From a virus: 64,000 nucleotides of DNA. Location of the stretch: positions 1-64,000 of the IMG/VR virus record IMGVR_UViG_3300013099_000002; one strand, given 5' to 3'. A program made the translations under genes and the position numbers. A model generated the notes under the pieces. The model was given only the letters and a program-made list of their open reading frames with translations. It ran no database searches and was not told the DNA's origin. Each line of letters begins with the position of its first letter. The stretch's first letter is position 1. Shown in pieces: positions 57,971 through 64,000 of this stretch.

Positions 57971-58569
57971 ATCGCCTCCAACAGCGTTACAGACACGAAA
58001 CGAAATTTGCTTGACGTTGAACCGTTCTTATCGGCTTCAAGGCGTATAGTGGATTCTCCGACTCTTGGAAGGGCTGAATTATACAAAGTAAACTTCTCCC
58101 AAGCACCCTCGGTATCATCACATATAAAAGGGGCTGGTGTAAGCATGGAAGCAACACCATCTTGCTCTTCCATAACCTTTAGTTTTGCACCACCACCTGT
58201 ACAATAATATTCGCCAACAACTTTAGCAACAATCCTTGTTAAATCTTCTACAAAAAAACTCATATTGGTTATCACGCCCCCAATAAGCTCCCATTCCCCA
58301 CCGGCAAGCGTTATTTCAACTTCACCCTCAATCATTTTTGATGAAGCATGATACTTATACTCTTGAATAACATCACCACTATGAGCATTAATAACATTAG
58401 CTAAATCAATATCATCAGGCTCCGAAGAAAAATCAATAGATAAATTACCTTTATTTTCCATACTACCTGTAACCGGTATTGATTGCGCCTCAAGCTCCAA
58501 CCATAAAGTATCCAAATTAACTTTACCTGAAGGAATATCAGTGGAGACTGTATACGTTTTTGTTACCAT
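57967..58569 (-). CDS. virion/tail-associated protein
   Basis: Late-operon context, beta-rich composition. Confidence 0.5.
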   Translation of the reverse strand: MVTKTYTVSTDIPSGKVNLDTLWLELEAQSIPVTGSMENKGNLSIDFSSEPDDIDLANVINAHSGDVIQEYKYHASSKMIEGEVEITLAGGEWELIGGVITNMSFFVEDLTRIVAKVVGEYYCTGGGAKLKVMEEQDGVASMLTPAPFICDDTEGAWEKFTLYNSALPRVGESTIRLEADKNGSTSSKFRFVSVTLLEAI

Positions 58570-59159
58570 TACTGAATCCTTCTTAAATCAATTAAAGCTG
58601 AAAACATACTTGCCGTTTTACCAGCTTTCGTTGACCTAAAATTCAAATCAATCGTCAATACCCCAGAATGATTTTCCAACAAAAAAGCTCTTGATAGAAA
58701 ATGAGTATCTGTAGAATCAGTTGGTTTTTGGCTATGTACTTCTTGGCTAACACCATCCAACACTACTTCACTTTCAAAAGAAAACGAAGTGTTAGAAAAT
58801 TGCCAACCATACTGAATTTGAATCCGATAATTAGCCGCTGTTAAATCAGATGAAACTAATTGCAACTTCGATATAAAGGTACTACTGTTTGTTGAAGTTA
58901 CAGTTTGGTCTTGTATAAATTCATAAAGTGGGTTAAATGTTGCGCCTTGTTCCCAATCTCCAGCCAATGAACCATTACCGCCACCAGCATTAGTTAATCT
59001 GTAGACCTCTCCAGTACTCCGATAATACATGGAATACATAGGGGCATCAGGCACCGCTATATGAGGCAAAACCCCACCGGAAAAAATCCCGATAAGGTTA
59101 GGCTCAGAGCCTACGATAAGTGATTCCACTTCGTAGGCGTTTTCCACATCAGTAGACAT
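58569..59159 (-). CDS. virion/tail-associated protein
   Basis: Late-operon context, S/T-rich beta domain. Confidence 0.5.
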   Translation of the reverse strand: MSTDVENAYEVESLIVGSEPNLIGIFSGGVLPHIAVPDAPMYSMYYRSTGEVYRLTNAGGGNGSLAGDWEQGATFNPLYEFIQDQTVTSTNSSTFISKLQLVSSDLTAANYRIQIQYGWQFSNTSFSFESEVVLDGVSQEVHSQKPTDSTDTHFLSRAFLLENHSGVLTIDLNFRSTKAGKTASMFSALIDLRRIQ

Positions 59160-60592
59160 TAGACTATTGATAACCTTGAGCTAGAAGATACAACCGCACT
59201 TGTGGCCTCAACAGTAAGTTCCATTGTTTGCGCTCCGGCAGAACCTTGGATTCTTACATTGATAACAATGCCAACAATATTGCCGTTCATTTTCAAACGA
59301 GCATACTTAGTGAAATCAGTTGCAGTTGCATCACTTGATGGAGTGCCATCATGCGTTGCATCAATCTCATAAGTAATTACTTTCGTACCTTGTTGAGCAT
59401 GTACTAACCAACGAACAGCCTTCACATCATCAACTAATACTGAATCAACAACCTGTAAAGTCGTAATACCAGAAATAGCTACAGGGTGGTTAGTTTGGTC
59501 TGCAAAAGCATCCAATTTACCAATCGCAACTTCAAGATTATCATTATCTGCAACTACATTGTTTGTAGTGTAATCCGGTAATTCAGCACCGGTTGCAGAT
59601 TTACCCATGAACAGATTTTGGTCTGTATCATCGTTAGATATTAAACCAATAGCATCGGCATTGGCTTTAATCTGAGTATCTAAATCAGTTAAATCTTCTG
59701 ATACTGAACCATTACTATCAATGTAGTTTGTGGTACTGAAAGCAACATAATCACCATTACCATCAATAACCGCACCCATGGCAGTTTCAATCGCATCAAC
59801 TTCAGTTTGAACATTGCCAATTGAAGTAGCATTGGTACCAATATCAGTATCATTGCTACCAACAGCCGCATCCAATTTACCTAAAGCAACTTCCAAAGTA
59901 TCGTTATTAGCGATATGGTTTGTTGAAGTGTATCCTGGGAGTTCAGAACCAGCCGCATCTTTTCCAATAAAGGCGCGTAAAAATCCAAGCTCATCTAGGC
60001 TTGTTTGATTAGAACGCACCCATGAATCTGAAGTAGCATTATAATTAAATTGATTACCGGCAAAAGAACCATCATCAATAATTATTGCATCATTATTAGT
60101 TTCAGCATTAACATCTTCAACTAAGGTTGCACCGGCTCCAGGGGTTCCAGTAACTATAAATACGTTTTTAGCTTCACCAGTGATTGCCGTAAGTAAAATA
60201 CGGTCATTTTCTGATAGTGCAACACCGTCAATGGTACCTGTATTAACAGCAACTTCAGCCGCAGCCAAGTTTGCATAAACCGTGTCATCTTTTACAAGTG
60301 CAGGTTCTCTCCAAGACTCAGTTCCACTTGATGCAGTAATATCATCAGCATCAGCTAAACGTACCCACTTATCCGTACCTGAACCAGCAGTCTTTTTGCG
60401 GTACTCAAAACCACTTGTTGAATCCAATGCTTTAGAGCCAACAGGTGCATTATTGGATAATGTTTGTTCTGCGGCTGGTAAGCCCCCGTCTCCAGGTAAT
60501 CCTGTGGTTACAAATTGCTCATATACTGGAGAACCAGTTGTTTCGTTTTCGATTGCAAAGCCTAAACTCGCACCGAATAATTGTTCTGACAT
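59159..60592 (-). CDS. tail-fibre-like protein with internal repeats
   Basis: TIDGVALSENDRILL motif; repeats FIGKDAAGSELPGYTSTN..LEVALGKLDA and FMGKSATGAELPDYTTNN..LEVAIGKLDA. Confidence 0.65.
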   Translation of the reverse strand: MSEQLFGASLGFAIENETTGSPVYEQFVTTGLPGDGGLPAAEQTLSNNAPVGSKALDSTSGFEYRKKTAGSGTDKWVRLADADDITASSGTESWREPALVKDDTVYANLAAAEVAVNTGTIDGVALSENDRILLTAITGEAKNVFIVTGTPGAGATLVEDVNAETNNDAIIIDDGSFAGNQFNYNATSDSWVRSNQTSLDELGFLRAFIGKDAAGSELPGYTSTNHIANNDTLEVALGKLDAAVGSNDTDIGTNATSIGNVQTEVDAIETAMGAVIDGNGDYVAFSTTNYIDSNGSVSEDLTDLDTQIKANADAIGLISNDDTDQNLFMGKSATGAELPDYTTNNVVADNDNLEVAIGKLDAFADQTNHPVAISGITTLQVVDSVLVDDVKAVRWLVHAQQGTKVITYEIDATHDGTPSSDATATDFTKYARLKMNGNIVGIVINVRIQGSAGAQTMELTVEATSAVVSSSSRLSIV

Positions 60593-60601
60593 ATCAGACT
60601 C

Positions 60602-60796
60602 CTATCTAATTAGTTTTCGTAAATTAATTAATTCCGTGTCGTGTCTATGACAGCACGAATTCAAATATTCAACTTCCCATTCTGATTCTGTTTTTTCAGA
60701 GTCAAATGCGAACTTCCCAGAAGCCACTTCAATTAACTTGCCATTGTTCATTTTAATAAAAGCCGCTAACCCTAATTTTCTTGTTTCAATTCTCAT
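60602..60796 (-). CDS. small conserved hypothetical protein
   Basis: TRKLGLAAFIKM..KL...KFAF pattern. Confidence 0.55.
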   Translation of the reverse strand: MRIETRKLGLAAFIKMNNGKLIEVASGKFAFDSEKTESEWEVEYLNSCCHRHDTELINLRKLIR

Positions 60797-61254
60797 ATCA
60801 CTCTACTCTCTATTTTGTGGTACTTAACTTTGCCTGCCAAGTAAGCACTTGAGGCTAATTTTTCTGAATTATAACAACCCAAACTAATACGTTTACCATG
60901 CAACACAATTCTAGCTTCAAAGGAACCATTATTAACCATAGAATAACCTTTTACATTACTACGGTTAAATTGTTGCTCACTATGAGTAAGTAAACGTAAA
61001 TTAGAAATATCATTACTATTTCTAATTCTATTAAAATGGTCTACTTCAAACCCTTCCGGTATAGCACCATAATGATATACCCAAATAAGATTATGCGCCT
61101 TGTGCTGGATACCATCAACCCGTACACAAACATAGCCATAAGAATTAACACCAGTTACGGCATCGCCTAATCTAGCTCTACCTTTATCAACTAGCCAGAA
61201 TAAAGTACCATCTTTGTATGTAAATAAAGATTTTATTTCCTCAACAGTAATCAT
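60793..61254 (-). mobile_element. HNH homing endonuclease with AP2-like C-terminus
   Basis: AHNLIW..HYG.IP...EVDHFNR.RNSN.ISNLR; ARI...GKRISLG. Confidence 0.85.
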
Positions 61255-61796
61255 ATTACTGTACTCAATCTCAACACTTTGAGGTCTAAAACCTCAGAGT
61301 GATTATTAGTTAATTCCAATTGGAAAAAAAGCCCACCCGAAATAAATACATCTATTGAGTATGGAACTAAATCACCAGTTATTCCGTAATGAGTATGTTT
61401 TGCTACAGTACCATTATGGATTGCTACAACTTCACTAATTCTTCGTTTATTGCCCACTGCATCAAGAGCCGTAATTATCCACTTTGAAGATGGATTTAAG
61501 GCCACTGACAGACTATCAACAATAACACTTGCACCAACACCAACAGAAGCATTTATTTGCTGTGCCGCTGTCCCATCGTTACCTTTAGGCCCTATTGCAC
61601 CTTGAGTACAGGATTCTAAAATTTCAGTAACATTGGCTACAGATAATATTTCAGTCTCTTCCACCGATTCAATAATTTCAGTAACATCTGCCACATCATC
61701 AATGTAGGTAATGTTATCAACAGATAATAATTCTGTAACTTGGTCTTGTGTAACCAACTCACAAACTGTTTCTGTTTCTGTAATTATAGAAGTCAT
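61251..61796 (-). CDS. virion fibre protein with collagen-like triplets
   Basis: GAIGPKGNDG; C-terminal domain similar to that of 59159..60592. Confidence 0.55.
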   Translation of the reverse strand: MTSIITETETVCELVTQDQVTELLSVDNITYIDDVADVTEIIESVEETEILSVANVTEILESCTQGAIGPKGNDGTAAQQINASVGVGASVIVDSLSVALNPSSKWIITALDAVGNKRRISEVVAIHNGTVAKHTHYGITGDLVPYSIDVFISGGLFFQLELTNNHSEVLDLKVLRLSTVI

Positions 61797-62158
61797 GGTC
61801 TTGTTACTTCAGGGTCAACAGTGAAACCACCCTTAACAATACGAATAACATTTTCTGGGTCTGCGGTTTCTACAAGTTCTAAATCGTAAACACCCGATAC
61901 CCAAACCATTGCTTCAGTATCCGTTGCCCCAACATATAAATCTATACGTCCAGTTTCCGAACCAGCTTCAATAGTTATTCTACCGTTAGCAGTTGTGAAT
62001 TCCTCCAATACTGTATCAGAATCAATAGATTCACGAATCTGCATTCTAGCTTCATAACCGGCTAAAGAAATCGCCACCTTATCAGCGTCACGCCTAAAAA
62101 ACGTGTGCCTAAACGTAGCCCCTTGTTCTATCAATAAGTCTTTTTCGACTGCCGCCAT
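61793..62158 (-). CDS. tail/baseplate-associated Ig-like protein
   Basis: DLLIEQGATF....L.GY.ARMQIR....GVYDLEL......R...G...V.PEVT. Confidence 0.65.
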   Translation of the reverse strand: MAAVEKDLLIEQGATFRHTFFRRDADKVAISLAGYEARMQIRESIDSDTVLEEFTTANGRITIEAGSETGRIDLYVGATDTEAMVWVSGVYDLELVETADPENVIRIVKGGFTVDPEVTRP

Positions 62159-62175
62159 AATTCACCTCCACTCGT

Positions 62176-62189
62176 TGCAATCAATTGCA
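62176..62189. repeat. 14-bp inverted repeat, copy 16
   Basis: TGCAATCAATTGCA. Confidence 0.9.
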
Positions 62190-62193
62190 AAAA

Positions 62194-64000
62194 TTAAGTT
62201 TGAGCAAATGCTTTAATATCTTGGGCACCAGTTCGGACTAACTTAACGAAATTCCAACGTGGGTCAAATACATGAAACTGGTCAGGGTTTGTTGCCCCAT
62301 CAAGATTCACAATTTCCTGAAAAGTTGAAGTTGGGTCAACTGCTACTTGAATTGAGATAGTGGTTCCAGCCGCCATGTTTTCAACCGTAATAATCCTTGG
62401 TACTCTGGATATTTTTGATTCATTGGCATTGGCACCTTGAATTGAGTTAGCTGGGTCGTAAATTAAACTAACTGGGAAGTGCGGTGCAACCGCTACTGTT
62501 ATGTTTGGCATCGTTCGTAGCCTCTTAATTTATTTAATATAAAAATCATACAACCTCTACTACACAAAGTATACAGGTATTGTTTCTTCACTTGATACTT
62601 TGCCTAATAAATTGTTGCCATCTAATACAACCTTATCACCAACCAAAAATTGAACATCAGTTTGGTTCTCAATAACCTTTAATCCAGATGGAGAAGATAC
62701 AGATACAACTACCCCATCTACTTTAGCCACCACACCTGTAACTTCACCCTTACCTTTAAAAAGTAATTTTCTTAATTGAACTAAACCTTGACTCATGTTG
62801 GTCTCCGTAAAGTAAGAGTAGTAAGTAATGTGCCGTTTCGGGCTACATGGTTAATGCCTATAATTTTGCCAACCCAAGAAACACCTTGTAAAGAATCATG
62901 TACTTCAGTTAATTGGCCTAATAATACCCCTGACCTAAATACGGTGGTCATGGTTACTTGTTGTAAGTTTTCGCCATTCTCATCAATTTCTGCTTGGCCT
63001 CTTGATAGTCCAACAGGCACAGAATTTATCAAAGGGTCGATAATATCCACCCCTTGTTTATCCCCTGACCCTCGTTGAACAATCATAGAAAATGACATTA
63101 GATAATCCCGATTAAAACTACTAATATTCTAAAATCAGCTTCACCGTTTATTGTAGTTGGTGCTGTTAATTTATAAATAGTGTAATTAGTGGTGTATGTT
63201 ATTTTAGCAACCGCTGTACCTGAAATAGCCGCACGAACCTTACCCCCACCCAAATAAGCAACCGCACCTAAATCAGTACCAAACCATTGAATTGATAACC
63301 CCCCTGCCGGTGGAAATTGTAATGCAGCTTCATCAATATTAACGAAGTCTACAAATTCCTCTATTGTTCTGGTGCCGGAACCTGTGGATACTAAAGTACC
63401 TGCGGAAACTAAACTTTGAATACTAGCTAAACCTTCTTGGTAAGCTAAAATAAATACCGAGTCACCGCCTATAAAAGAAGTGGAAGTATTTAATCCACCC
63501 TCGGACTCTTCCCTTGAATCTACCTCAGCTACTAACTGAGCGTTGCTTTCAGAATCCAGTCCTTTGAATTCCACAACTATTGAAGCTGAAATAGCCATTA
63601 TGCTGTCTCCATTAAAAATTGAATTTGTCTATCACTTATCGCGTATTGGGCCTCGTAATTTATGCTTTTAGTTTCATAAACTATTTCAAGTAACCCAAAT
63701 CTATCTACCAAGCTTGTTGATTTTACCTGCTTACCGGAAAATGTGATTCCACCTAAATTAGTATCAAGCCAAGATATTGATACCACGGACTCTATAGGAT
63801 ACTTAACCGAACCACTACCATCAAATATCTCTATTATCTCAGTTTCGGTTCTGGTTATCTCACCTAGTTTAGATAACAACACCCCTACAGGCCCCGTATG
63901 AGTGATATTAATATCTCTGAATGGGCTTGGGTACGCCTTTAAAATTCCGGCTGTAGAATCATCTTCCTTAACTATAAATTCTATAGTATCGGCATCCGTT
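62194..64000 (-). other. further tail/baseplate genes (62194..62511, 62560..62796, 62793..63098, 63098..63598, and 63598..>64000 partial)
   Basis: Coupled ORFs with structural-protein composition. Confidence 0.55.

Noticed and set aside
1780-59871. Nested alternative-frame minus ORFs (1780..2112, 9139..9375, 39483..39728, 40715..41002, 52846..53079, 59689..59871)
   Set aside because: Contained within clear genes; no supporting signals
4783-62189. 14-bp repeats or promoter cassettes as a CRISPR array
   Set aside because: Copies are kilobases apart with no repeat-spacer period; the Cas4-like gene sits in a recombination operon with no other cas genes
2118-63078. All plus-strand ORFs in the track (e.g. 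29720..30184, 42853..43323, 44907..45368, 60282..60650)
   Set aside because: They are antisense shadows of well-supported minus-strand genes, with no recognisable motifs

Overview
A 64-kb, AT-rich segment of a large, apparently lytic tailed phage. The host is probably a Gammaproteobacterium, inferred from sigma70 promoters, CsrA-type sites, an NrdJb gene and apparent GATC avoidance. All credible genes are on the minus strand. In transcription order (right to left): tail/virion genes (64.0-58.0 kb); a lysis cassette that begins with a stand-alone response-regulator receiver gene (58.0-55.3 kb); replication/recombination genes (AAA ATPase, initiator with internal iterons, DnaC-like loader, DnaB, primase, SSB, SF2 helicase, RecA, Cas4-like nuclease, RuvC; 55-40 kb); nucleotide/sulfur metabolism (MazG-like, CysC, orphan NrdJb, dCMP deaminase; 39-35 kb); a ParB-GNAT-IbrA-IbrB-methyltransferase-TerS-TerL operon (34-27.8 kb); about 17 kb of small early genes including thyX and a dNMP kinase; a cluster with a C-terminally remodelled PPDK, a CsrA-like protein, two Cys-based phosphatases and a 353-aa unknown (10.1-3.6 kb); and DNA polymerase A. 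Non-coding structure read directly from the sequence: (i) 16 exact copies of the inverted repeat TGCAAT-CA/TG-ATTGCA, about one every 4 kb; (ii) 18 conserved TTGACA promoter cassettes, mostly with 16-bp spacers; (iii) pervasive ACGGA leaders and three consensus CsrA stem-loops, suggesting a phage Csr-type translational regulon; (iv) a candidate ~100-nt anti-Shine-Dalgarno sRNA; (v) a duplicated, recoded primase 5' end flanking an HNH gene. All functional calls come from motif recognition by eye; no database searches were run.
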